Shown here: piece after piece, positions 32,975 through 41,917 of the stretch
Layout of the letters: each line of letters opens with the position of its first letter
Numbering within the stretch: the stretch's first letter is position 1
Origin: Promethearchaeota archaeon
Lineage (GTDB): Archaea; Asgardarchaeota; Lokiarchaeia; Sigyniarchaeales; SOKP01
Reading direction: 5' to 3'
DNA: 64,000 nucleotides
Assembly (NCBI GenBank): GCA_048940925.1
Contig: JBHLOC010000002.1
Span: forward strand, 64,001-128,000
The notes under the pieces: generated by a model
The model's database searches: none
What the model saw: only the letters and a program-made list of their open reading frames with translations
What the model was told of the DNA's origin: nothing
Translations under genes and position numbers: made by a program

Positions 32975-33021
32975 ATTGAGATTAATAGTAATTCAGAAAA
33001 AAAAAAGAGATGTTTTGATTT

Positions 33022-33264
33022 ATGTTTTATAATACCTTTTCTATATATAACGATCTCAATTCATTAGTGAATTTACTCCTCATAATATTCTTAATAATAC
33101 CTTATGTGGCTTTATCACTTGTAGCAGTCTGGGTGTATAGAGATGCGAAAAGAAAAGGTATTAACGCTGCCGCTTGGATGCTTATCGTGTGGATAATTCC
33201 ATTTTTCATCGGTTTTATTATATATTTATCTAAAAGAGATAAATTTTTAGAAAATATTTCTTAA
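33022..33264 (+). CDS. Small 2-TM protein (PLD_N-like)
   Basis: WVYRDAKRKG...W...V...P..G.IIYL pattern. Confidence 0.7.
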   Translation: MFYNTFSIYNDLNSLVNLLLIIFLIIPYVALSLVAVWVYRDAKRKGINAAAWMLIVWIIPFFIGFIIYLSKRDKFLENIS

Positions 33265-33283
33265 AACACGTTTACAGATTTAA

Positions 33284-34963
33284 ATGGTAGTAGAAAAACC
33301 TAAAACTAAGAAAAAAGTTTTGAAAAAGAAGAGGTTTATATCAGAACATAAACGATTAGTAGCAGGAGGAATAATAGTTGCTATTGCTATCGCAGGAGTT
33401 ATCAGTGGCATTGTTCTTTTTGTTGAAGAGCCGAAAGGAGGAATTTGTATAATAGGGATTATAGGAGAGATTGGAGACATTGACCCTATCATCCATGGAT
33501 AATCTGGATTCCACGATGAGATAGTAGTTAATCAAGTTGCCGAAACTTTATTTGATTTCGATCATAGTGGTAAACAACCTATACTTATATATACTTTAGC
33601 AAAAAATTATAAGTGGAATGATGAAGCAACAGAATTAACCTGTTACCTTAGAAAGGGGGTTAAATTCCATGATGAAACCCCATTTAATGCGACAGCAGTT
33701 AAATGGAACTTCGATAGAATCCATCGTTTGGTCACGTGTTGGGCTAAGTATTTATTCTTATTACCTGATGGACGCTGGATTGTGAATAAAACTCAAGTTA
33801 TAGATGAATATACTGTAAAATTTGTAATAAATGAACCTTTTGTTCCATTTTTACATTTGTTAACTCTTGCTACTACTGGCATTTTATCGCCAACATCCAC
33901 ACCTGCTAATAAAACCATTAACATAAATACTGATGATTTAGTTGGGACAGGACCTTTCACGTATGATGAGTATGAACCCCATGTTAATATAACAATGATT
34001 CCAAATTAACATTACTGGGGAAAGACACCTAGAATAGACAAATTGGTTTTTCAATTTTATGAATATCCCACTGAAGGTGAGGACTTATGGAATGCACTTT
34101 TAGCAAAAGAAATTAGCATTTTAGAGCCTTATTTCTATATACTATATCCGAATTGGTCAATCCAGACTCTCAAGAATGATCCAGGGATTACAGTTCGAGA
34201 AAAGCCACCTACTAATTATCGTTTTATTGGAATGAATAACAAACTCATTAATCTTACCATGCGAAAGGCAATCTCATATGCTATTAACTATACTTACATG
34301 GCTGAGGATATTTTGCCCAACAAGGCAGTAAATGCTCGTTCTTCTATTCCAGAAGGGATCATCTACTCCGATACGACTTCATTTGATGTTCCTTATTATA
34401 ACATTTCATTGGCACGACAAATATTAAAGGATGTGGGGTGGCCTGGAACCTCTGATTTAACAGCAAATGATGATATTAGTGCTGGTAACCCCTGGGAAAT
34501 GTTAGTTTCTAATGAAACACCTCTTGCGACATATACATTGGATTATATACCCGGGAATCCATTATCTACTGGTATGGCATTTCCCGTTCCAAATAATCTC
34601 AAACAAATTGGAGTCAAGGTAATAAATCAATTTAATTGGTCCTTTCCGTTGCAGCTTGTTGCATTGGGCTAGATATATGATTATAACGATCCACATAATG
34701 CTATGTTAGATTACTATAGTAAAACCAACTGGATACAAATGAATGATAGTTTGGTCGACCAATGGATAGAAGAAGGGTTAAGAGAGACTAATCCTGCTCT
34801 CAGAGAAGAGATATATTATAAGATTCAAGAACGCATTATGGAAGAACTATATCCTGTTATATTTACCTTCTCTAGTATAGAATTTAATATACAGGTAAAA
34901 AATTTGAGAGGTTGGCAACCTAATCCACTCAAAACCCAATTAAAAAACGTCTATTTTGTATAA
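33284..34963 (+). pseudogene. Family 5 solute-binding protein, copy 3, with three in-frame stops
   Basis: Four tracked ORFs share one frame. Stops are TAA 33500, TAA 34007 and TAG 34670 (at the conserved Trp of LGW..DYNDP). Sequence between the stops remains homologous. Confidence 0.85.
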
Positions 34964-35020
34964 TACAAATCTATACGAAAATTTTATGTTTTTGTTTCAG
35001 TTGCGAATTTTAGTATATCT

Positions 35021-36175
35021 TCATTCGAGAACTAAGGGTACACTTGTAAGATCGGATTCAAAAGATCCCTGGATAATTTCAAATGTTATATTATATAAAT
35101 TTTTAACCATATTTGCTATTAAATCTTTTGATGTTAAGTATAAAATACCTGTATATACAGTTGTCGGAATTTTCCCATCCGAATATAAACCATTGACAGA
35201 ATTTTTCCATCCGTAATCAAATCCATGTATTAACGTACATGTGAGATTGTAGATACTTACTATGCACCCCGGAAGTCCATATTTATCCATAAAAGTATTC
35301 CCGAAGGGTATTTCAAGAATAGCTCCTATCTTTGGATCATTATCCTCATATTTGACAAATACATCTCCATTATTAATTTTTACTATACCCGTTATATTAG
35401 CTCCAAATACTTTATATTGGTCAATATATAAATCATAATCACCATTTTCTACTTCAAAAGTCCATACACAATTTTGAGTATAGTTCACGTTCCTTGTCGT
35501 AAATTCTACATTTCCAGTTTTAACAATTCCAGTAACATAACCTCTAACTGTGCAATGGTTAAAATTATAGATAATATTACCTATGTTGATTATACCTGTT
35601 ATATTACCTTCAATATTACAGTCAGTAAAGTTATAAATAATATTGCCATTGGTGATATTAGTAATTACATTGTTGACAGAAATCCCCCAAGGAACTGTGA
35701 TTACAACACCCCCCTCATCAATGTTTGATGTAATATCAAAGATTCTATCTTTTCTAATTAACACATCTATACTTACGTTTTTTATTATCAAATTTGAAGA
35801 ATCAAACCACCTATCTGAAATTAGTTCTAATGTAAAATTAACAGCAGAACTAGTATTCTGCCATAAAAAATTGAAATAATCTGTATATGAATCTCCTTCT
35901 AAATTATGACCTACTATATCTATATTTACTTCTATCTTCATATAATAGTCAACTGGAGGAGAAATATAATATATTTTGATATCCCCTACATCAACATTAA
36001 GATTTAGTTTTTCAGTAGATGTTGGAGATTTTGGGTAATATTTGAAAATAAGAGATTCATTAATCATTTCATAAGATAAGATATTAGTTGAAAGAATGGT
36101 GATAGGGGCGACGATAATAAGACTAAAGCCTATAATAATTATTGGTATTATTACAATAATACTTTTCTTCACCAT
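35021..36175 (-). CDS. Membrane-anchored beta-rich extracellular protein, copy 3
   Basis: LNVDVGDIKIYYISPPVDY, with an internal duplication of GNIIYNF..C. Confidence 0.65.
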   Translation of the reverse strand: MVKKSIIVIIPIIIIGFSLIIVAPITILSTNILSYEMINESLIFKYYPKSPTSTEKLNLNVDVGDIKIYYISPPVDYYMKIEVNIDIVGHNLEGDSYTDYFNFLWQNTSSAVNFTLELISDRWFDSSNLIIKNVSIDVLIRKDRIFDITSNIDEGGVVITVPWGISVNNVITNITNGNIIYNFTDCNIEGNITGIINIGNIIYNFNHCTVRGYVTGIVKTGNVEFTTRNVNYTQNCVWTFEVENGDYDLYIDQYKVFGANITGIVKINNGDVFVKYEDNDPKIGAILEIPFGNTFMDKYGLPGCIVSIYNLTCTLIHGFDYGWKNSVNGLYSDGKIPTTVYTGILYLTSKDLIANMVKNLYNITFEIIQGSFESDLTSVPLVLE

Positions 36176-36350
36176 CTTTTGTTACATCCGTGAGATTTAT
36201 TAATTTTACAATTAATTAGATAAGAGAGCCTTTTATTTAAATTAATCCATCAAATATCTTTGATAAAAATCAATTTATAAAAGATAAAAATTAAAAAACT
36301 ACTAAAATAATATTTACATTATATAAGTAAAATCGAATGGTGCGAAAAAA

Positions 36351-36608
36351 ATGAGAATTACTGTTGAGGATTCAAGAACGGGAAAAGTAATCAAATTAGA
36401 TGTAAAATCTCATCACCAAATAGAAAGAATAGTTGATATTATTATAAAGCATATGGGTATTATCAGCGCAGAACAACGTTCTTATTCTTTAGTACTTAAA
36501 GATCAAGAACTCCCAAATACCATTACAATTGAGGATGCTGTTCATAAATTTGGCTTACAAGAAAATGATAAATTAATCTTATGGGCAAAAGTTGTGGGTG
36601 GGTCTTAA
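36351..36608 (+). CDS. Ubiquitin-like (beta-grasp) protein ending in GG-S
   Basis: MRITVED..TGKVIKLDV...L...TIED..GLQENDKLIL...VVGGS. Adjacent to E2/E1/JAMM. Confidence 0.85.
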   Translation: MRITVEDSRTGKVIKLDVKSHHQIERIVDIIIKHMGIISAEQRSYSLVLKDQELPNTITIEDAVHKFGLQENDKLILWAKVVGGS

Positions 36609-36634
36609 GTCTCAAGTTCAAGTTATTTTATATT

Positions 36635-37201
36635 TTAGTCATCGATGATTAAAATTTCATCATCTTCTTCTTCTTCCTCAAATAATTGATCTTCGATGCT
36701 ATATTCTTTTTTAAGTTCTTCAACCGATGTTTTATTAAAAAATTCCGCAGCTTCTAAACATATAGGATAATTTAATGGATCATCAGGATTAGGATGTTCT
36801 ACCAGAGTTCTAAGAGCTTTAATCGTCGTTTCTAAATCAGATAACCTTGACCATTTTTTTAAGACGTTCAAGCAAATATATCCTGTCCCTGTGCTCCTTG
36901 ATGGGTTTTTAACAGGATGGATATTTGGATGAAAAATGCTTGAAAACCAAGAAAAATCAATCCCACCAGGATAAGGAAATGATCTATTAATCTTCAAGAA
37001 AATTCTATGAGATGTTTGTGGTTTTAATTCACCGTCTAATTTAGTTACCCCAAAAGCATTGATTAATATTGTAAATTCAACACTATTATTACCTTTAATT
37101 ACAGAATTTTCTACTAACACTTTAAGCTTTTGAATATTTTTAAGTTCATTTTCGATCCTATCTTTCCATATTTCATACGGAAGTTCTGGCACTTTCTTCA
37201 A
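36635..37201 (-). CDS. Ubiquitin-conjugating enzyme E2
   Basis: FPYP, IFHPNI...GYICLNVLKKW, PNPDDPLN..AA. Acidic C-terminal tail. Confidence 0.9.
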   Translation of the reverse strand: MKKVPELPYEIWKDRIENELKNIQKLKVLVENSVIKGNNSVEFTILINAFGVTKLDGELKPQTSHRIFLKINRSFPYPGGIDFSWFSSIFHPNIHPVKNPSRSTGTGYICLNVLKKWSRLSDLETTIKALRTLVEHPNPDDPLNYPICLEAAEFFNKTSVEELKKEYSIEDQLFEEEEEDDEILIIDD

Positions 37202-37283
37202 CCCTTTAATTTCTTAATTTTTTATATAGAGTATTATATTGATATTTTTTTATACCTTACTTTTTTAATATTATCTTCTAAAT

Positions 37284-38168
37284 TCATTTTTTCTTTTTAT
37301 ATGAACATGTCCAGCATTCTGGGTTCTTTAATTTTTTTACAATCCTAAATTGATTTAATAAACCATTGTAATTAAGTTGTTTACCAATCAAAGGTTTTCC
37401 TATGTGAGGATGCCATTTACCATGTTCTTTAAAATAGTCTAAACCTAAAAGAAATTTCAATACTTGTTGAGATTGTAAACCACCTATAATAGATGTGGTG
37501 GTGATGATTGTTGCCATTTTTGCTATTGTCTCACCATTTTCACTTTCGATTTCTTGACCGGTACATGAAAATTTTTTCCACATGATATCTAAATCAGTAT
37601 TTGAAATACTACATTGCAAACATGCGGCATCTTCTTCTCCAGAATATACAGATTGTACACTACCATAAAATTCTTCAATTCCTGAATCTACAAAGGGAAC
37701 ATCGTTGTAATAAGCATAATTGTTTGCTTCAATTCTAGCCTCTACGTTATCTAAACATGAACATATTACATCTGATTTTGTATAGAGCTTTTTATTAATA
37801 TCTTTTAAATCCTTTTTTATTGCCATTATAGACGTGTCCGGATTTAGTTGCTCACATGCACTTTTTATAACATCGACTTTATATTCTTTATTTTGAGCGC
37901 TTTTTTCATTAAATAGTACACAACGATTTAGATTAGAAATATTAATAAAATCATAATCTATCAATATTAGTTTTCCTATACCGGTTAAAACTAAGTTTTT
38001 AACAACTTCATTGCCAGTAGCCCCTACACCGATAACCATCACTGTGGCATTAGAAATTTTACTTTGATCCCAGCCAAATATACGCTTTTGGCGATCAAAC
38101 TTATCTGAATCTATTGATTCAATCCCATAAACTTTATACTCATCTTGATTTTTTTTATTATTTTGCAT
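37284..38168 (-). CDS. Ubiquitin-activating enzyme E1 (ThiF family)
   Basis: FDRQ, GVGATG, DYD.I..SNLNR, CLDNVEAR, ACLQC, putative catalytic SCT, CWTC. Confidence 0.9.
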   Translation of the reverse strand: MQNNKKNQDEYKVYGIESIDSDKFDRQKRIFGWDQSKISNATVMVIGVGATGNEVVKNLVLTGIGKLILIDYDFINISNLNRCVLFNEKSAQNKEYKVDVIKSACEQLNPDTSIMAIKKDLKDINKKLYTKSDVICSCLDNVEARIEANNYAYYNDVPFVDSGIEEFYGSVQSVYSGEEDAACLQCSISNTDLDIMWKKFSCTGQEIESENGETIAKMATIITTTSIIGGLQSQQVLKFLLGLDYFKEHGKWHPHIGKPLIGKQLNYNGLLNQFRIVKKLKNPECWTCSYKKKK

Positions 38169-38181
38169 TTAGATTTTAAAT

Positions 38182-38685
38182 TTATGTTATGTTTGGTTTA
38201 TCAACTAAAACAGCATAGCTAATTGATTTATAACCTTTATCTGAAGAATTATCAAGAGTGAAGAATTCTAATTCATCTCTTACGGGATCTATAACTAAGG
38301 CCACCTGGAAACTTTCTGGGAAGAAATAATTTTGTGTTTTTATATCAGTTGTAGAGAGAAAGCATCCAAAATCAGGATGAGAATGCCACCATCCCAAAAT
38401 TCGAAGCGAAGGATTATTTCTTGCTTTTTTTAGTCTTTGAAACTTCTTTTCATATTTTCCTGCAGTTCCTTCTATTTGAGCTGTTGAATATTTTTCACTA
38501 TGCACTGCGCCCAAAAGAAAAAGTAGATCCTCAATAACAATATAAATATTATCTTTCCATTTTAATATATTTCCAATTAAATAGCCGAAAATTTCATTTT
38601 CAATGTTCTTACATAATTGAATAATCTTCCGAATTGTGTTATCATAAATATATACAGGAAATATATATTTTTTTTCGAATTTCAT
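38182..38685 (-). CDS. JAMM/MPN+ metalloprotease (Rpn11-like deubiquitinase)
   Basis: E(IFGYLIG)...GWWHSHPDFGCFLSTTD..TQ...ALVIDP. Confidence 0.92.
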   Translation of the reverse strand: MKFEKKYIFPVYIYDNTIRKIIQLCKNIENEIFGYLIGNILKWKDNIYIVIEDLLFLLGAVHSEKYSTAQIEGTAGKYEKKFQRLKKARNNPSLRILGWWHSHPDFGCFLSTTDIKTQNYFFPESFQVALVIDPVRDELEFFTLDNSSDKGYKSISYAVLVDKPNIT

Positions 38686-38721
38686 GATTTATAATGTTTC
38701 CAAAGTTCTATAAATATATTT

Positions 38722-39621
38722 TTATTGATACTTGGCTTTAAATCTTCCACTCTTTTCAATTATGGAATTTTGAATCATTTTGTTTATTATTTCATATATT
38801 TCTTCTTTCGCCTTTTTATCAATCGCAGAAAAACCAAAAGTTATTAATCCAAATGATTCAGTTATTTTTTCTGGTTCAAAAGATGATTTCGTCAAATCTT
38901 GAAAGTTAGCAATAATATAAAAATCTGCTTTAATTGCCCTTCTTTTTAAATGATCATAAATGTTCTTAGTCCTACCTAAATTGCCAGCACCTGAATTTGT
39001 AACGATACAAATAATATCAAATGAATCCAGTAGAGGCTTATATAAAGCAGAATTTTCATATATATCTTGTAAATTAACCTCTCTAATAATAACCTCATTT
39101 AATTTTTCAAAATTAGATAAAACAACCTTTTTTTCTAATATTTCATTAAAATCATCGTCCAATTCCAAGACAGTTTCTCCAGGAAATAAGTTTAAAATAG
39201 AAGTTTTGCCTACTCCTTCTTCTCCTATTAGCAATATCCTTGGAGGTATAAAAATATGTTTTTCGGTAAATTCATCTAATTCTTTAATAATTTTGATTTT
39301 TTTATCCCAACTAAACGATTTAAGTTTATATCGCCTAATAAATTCTCGTTTTAATAATTCTAATCGATTTCTTAATTCTAATTCTTGATCTCCCCCACCA
39401 CTTATTAGTATATACATGAAATTTTGCTCATCATAAGAATAGATAAATTTAAAGTTCGTAAAGTTCAAGGATCTTATTTTACCTCCTCCTAATTTTCTAC
39501 TGTAATCATTAAAAGTAGTGAGGTAATTTACTATATCATTATCAACAACATGGGGACTCATAAATGTTTTAGAATAACATAATTCTCCCTCTGCGGTGAT
39601 AATAAATATTTTTGAGATCAT
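38722..39621 (-). CDS. Longin domain-small GTPase fusion, paralog C
   Basis: Longin-like N-half. GEEGVGKTS P-loop, NFQD, FSA. Confidence 0.75.
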   Translation of the reverse strand: MISKIFIITAEGELCYSKTFMSPHVVDNDIVNYLTTFNDYSRKLGGGKIRSLNFTNFKFIYSYDEQNFMYILISGGGDQELELRNRLELLKREFIRRYKLKSFSWDKKIKIIKELDEFTEKHIFIPPRILLIGEEGVGKTSILNLFPGETVLELDDDFNEILEKKVVLSNFEKLNEVIIREVNLQDIYENSALYKPLLDSFDIICIVTNSGAGNLGRTKNIYDHLKRRAIKADFYIIANFQDLTKSSFEPEKITESFGLITFGFSAIDKKAKEEIYEIINKMIQNSIIEKSGRFKAKYQ

Positions 39622-39667
39622 TCCAATTTTGTATTAATTTATTTTAATAATTTTTATTTTTTTCATT

Positions 39668-40564
39668 TTAAATTTGTTTTTTCATAATCTTTTCTACTAT
39701 TGAAGATTTTACCATCTCACTAATTATGTCATTTATTTTTCCTTTTGCCTCTTTTTTAATTGCCGAGAGCCCAAAAGTTTTAACTCCAAATATTTCCTCT
39801 ATTTTTTCGGGTTCAAAAGATGTGCTTTCTAAATCTTGAAAATTAGCAATAATGTAAAAATCAGCTTTCTTTACTCTTTCTTGTAACATAGAAAATAATC
39901 TTTTTGTTCTTCCCAAATTACTAGCTCCAGAGTTAGTGACAATACATATAATATCAATAGCATCTAAAAGTGTTCTATAGACTTTTGTATTGTCAATCAA
40001 TTCTTTTAGATCAAGTTCTCTTAAAATTAATTCGTTTATTCTATCGAAAACAGGTAAATGTATTGGCTTTTGAATTATTTCAATTAAATCATCATCTAAT
40101 TCTATTATAGTTTCTCCCGGAAATAAATTCATGATTGTACTCTTTCCCACTCCATCTTCGCCAACTAGTAAAACTTTAGGAGGAATAAAAATATTTTTTT
40201 CTGCAAACTCATCAAATTTTTCATATTTAGTTGTTTCACATGACCAGTTTTTTAAATCCTCATAATATCTCTTCATAAATTCCTCTTTAAGTAACTCAAG
40301 TTTCGCAGTGACTTCTTCCTCTGGGTCATTAATATCAGTTACTATAATAAACATTCCTAGTTTTTCATCATCATAAGTATAAACAAAATTGAAATTTCTG
40401 AAGTTTAATGACTTTATTTCTCCACCCCCTATTTCTTCAGCTATATTGCTAATCGCGGTTAGAAATCCACTTATCAAATCACCACTAATTTGATCATCAC
40501 CGATAAATGTCTTTGAATAGCAAAGCACGCCACCAGGACCAATAATAAGTATTTTTGAAATCAT
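39668..40564 (-). CDS. Longin domain-small GTPase fusion, paralog B
   Basis: ILII..GGVLCYSK...LISGFLTAI...EIGGGEIKSL longin signature. GEDGVGKST, NFQD, LSA. Confidence 0.8.
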   Translation of the reverse strand: MISKILIIGPGGVLCYSKTFIGDDQISGDLISGFLTAISNIAEEIGGGEIKSLNFRNFNFVYTYDDEKLGMFIIVTDINDPEEEVTAKLELLKEEFMKRYYEDLKNWSCETTKYEKFDEFAEKNIFIPPKVLLVGEDGVGKSTIMNLFPGETIIELDDDLIEIIQKPIHLPVFDRINELILRELDLKELIDNTKVYRTLLDAIDIICIVTNSGASNLGRTKRLFSMLQERVKKADFYIIANFQDLESTSFEPEKIEEIFGVKTFGLSAIKKEAKGKINDIISEMVKSSIVEKIMKKQI

Positions 40565-40693
40565 TTTGGGGTTTATATTATATCCATTTATTAATTAATT
40601 TAATAATAGAAAGATTGATTATTTAAAATGATCATATGAAATTTCAACAATTATAAATATATTATTCTCATTTAAATACAATTGTGAAATATT

Positions 40694-40843
40694 TTGGATG
40701 AAAGAGACGAAGATACGCAACCCCATGATAAGGAACCAACAATTATAAGCTCCGAAGATCAAGAAATTAAAGAAAAGAAACCTCCAAATGATAAAATAAT
40801 TTATTGTAAAATAGTAGAAAATGATAAGAATTCAGATTTTTAA
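40694..40843 (+). CDS. Possible 49-aa acidic microprotein
   Basis: TTG start after GTGA. MDERDEDTQPHDKEPTIISSEDQEIKEKKPPNDKIIYCKIVENDKNSDF*. Confidence 0.35.
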   Translation: MDERDEDTQPHDKEPTIISSEDQEIKEKKPPNDKIIYCKIVENDKNSDF

Positions 40844-40907
40844 AATAAAGAAGCCTAACTTTAGTAAAACTAATTTAATTCACTTTTTTGAAAAAATATA
40901 GCCAAAA

Positions 40908-41858
40908 TTAATTTAAAATAATAGTAATATCGTCATCATTCTCTATTTTACTCCCATCTTGTTCTTTTTTAGAAGAAGAATATTTTTTAATAATTGAGTA
41001 TTCAACCATTTCTGTAATTATGTTATAAATTTTTTTATTTGCCTTTTTTGATATAGCTGAGATACCAAAAGTCTTTATTTTAAAATATTCTTCAATTTTT
41101 TCGGGCAGAAATGACATATCTTTTAAATCTTGGAAGTTAGCAATTATATAGAAATCGGCTTTTTTTACTTTTGGTTTCAAAAGAGTGAACAGTCTTTTTG
41201 TTTCTTTTAAATTCTTTGCCCCTGAATTGGTAACGATACAAAAAATTTCCACAGAGTCTAAGAATTGTTGATGAGTATTCAAATTATCAATTAAATCACG
41301 TAGATCAATTTCCCTGACAATAATTTCCCCTATCTCTTTTAGTTTTGGTAAATAAATTGTTTTTTGTATAATATCATTCATATATTCATCCAGTTTTATT
41401 ACTGTATCTCCTGGAAATAGATTCATAATAGTCGTTTTTCCCACACCAACTTCTCCAACTAACAATATTTTAGGAGGAATAAAAATCTGTTTCTCAGTAA
41501 ATTCATCAAAGCTTTTAAATTTTCTAATATCATAATCCCAGTTTTCTAAATCATGTCGATATCGTTTCATAAACTCCATTTTTAATAATTCTACTTTATA
41601 TCTTATTTCGTCTTCCAAGTCATCAACGTCAGTTATAATTATGAATATATAAGATTTTTCATAATTGAAGGAATAAAAAATATTAAAGTTCCTAAAACTT
41701 AGAGATTTTATTTCTCCTCCACCAATTTCCTTAGCAATGTCGCTAACAGCTGTAAAGAAACCACTTACAAAATCTTCATCTATTCTTTTTTCATCCATAA
41801 ATGATTTTGAATAACAAAGAACTCCATTAGACTTTATAATTAATATTTTCTTAATCAT
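40908..41858 (-). CDS. Longin domain-small GTPase fusion, paralog A
   Basis: FVSGFFTAV...EIGGGEIKSL. GEVGVGKTT, NFQD, ISA. Confidence 0.8.
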   Translation of the reverse strand: MIKKILIIKSNGVLCYSKSFMDEKRIDEDFVSGFFTAVSDIAKEIGGGEIKSLSFRNFNIFYSFNYEKSYIFIIITDVDDLEDEIRYKVELLKMEFMKRYRHDLENWDYDIRKFKSFDEFTEKQIFIPPKILLVGEVGVGKTTIMNLFPGDTVIKLDEYMNDIIQKTIYLPKLKEIGEIIVREIDLRDLIDNLNTHQQFLDSVEIFCIVTNSGAKNLKETKRLFTLLKPKVKKADFYIIANFQDLKDMSFLPEKIEEYFKIKTFGISAISKKANKKIYNIITEMVEYSIIKKYSSSKKEQDGSKIENDDDITIILN

Positions 41859-41917
41859 TAAAAATCTTTAATCTGTCAGTTTTCATTTAATGATAGATCT
41901 ATTGCTTATTTAAAACA

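Noticed and set aside
33284-34963. Stop-codon recoding or pyrrolysine readthrough in SBP copy 3
   Set aside because: The stops are mixed (TAA, TAA, TAG), TAA and TAG terminate normal genes throughout the window, and the TAG is one transition from a conserved TGG.
36351-38685. Bacterial-type antiphage or sulfur-carrier system (CBASS/Bil, ThiS/MoaD-ThiF)
   Set aside because: No cyclase, effector or thiamine/Moco genes are nearby, and the E2 (HPN) and JAMM (GWWHSHP.FG) look eukaryote-like. A defence role cannot be fully excluded.
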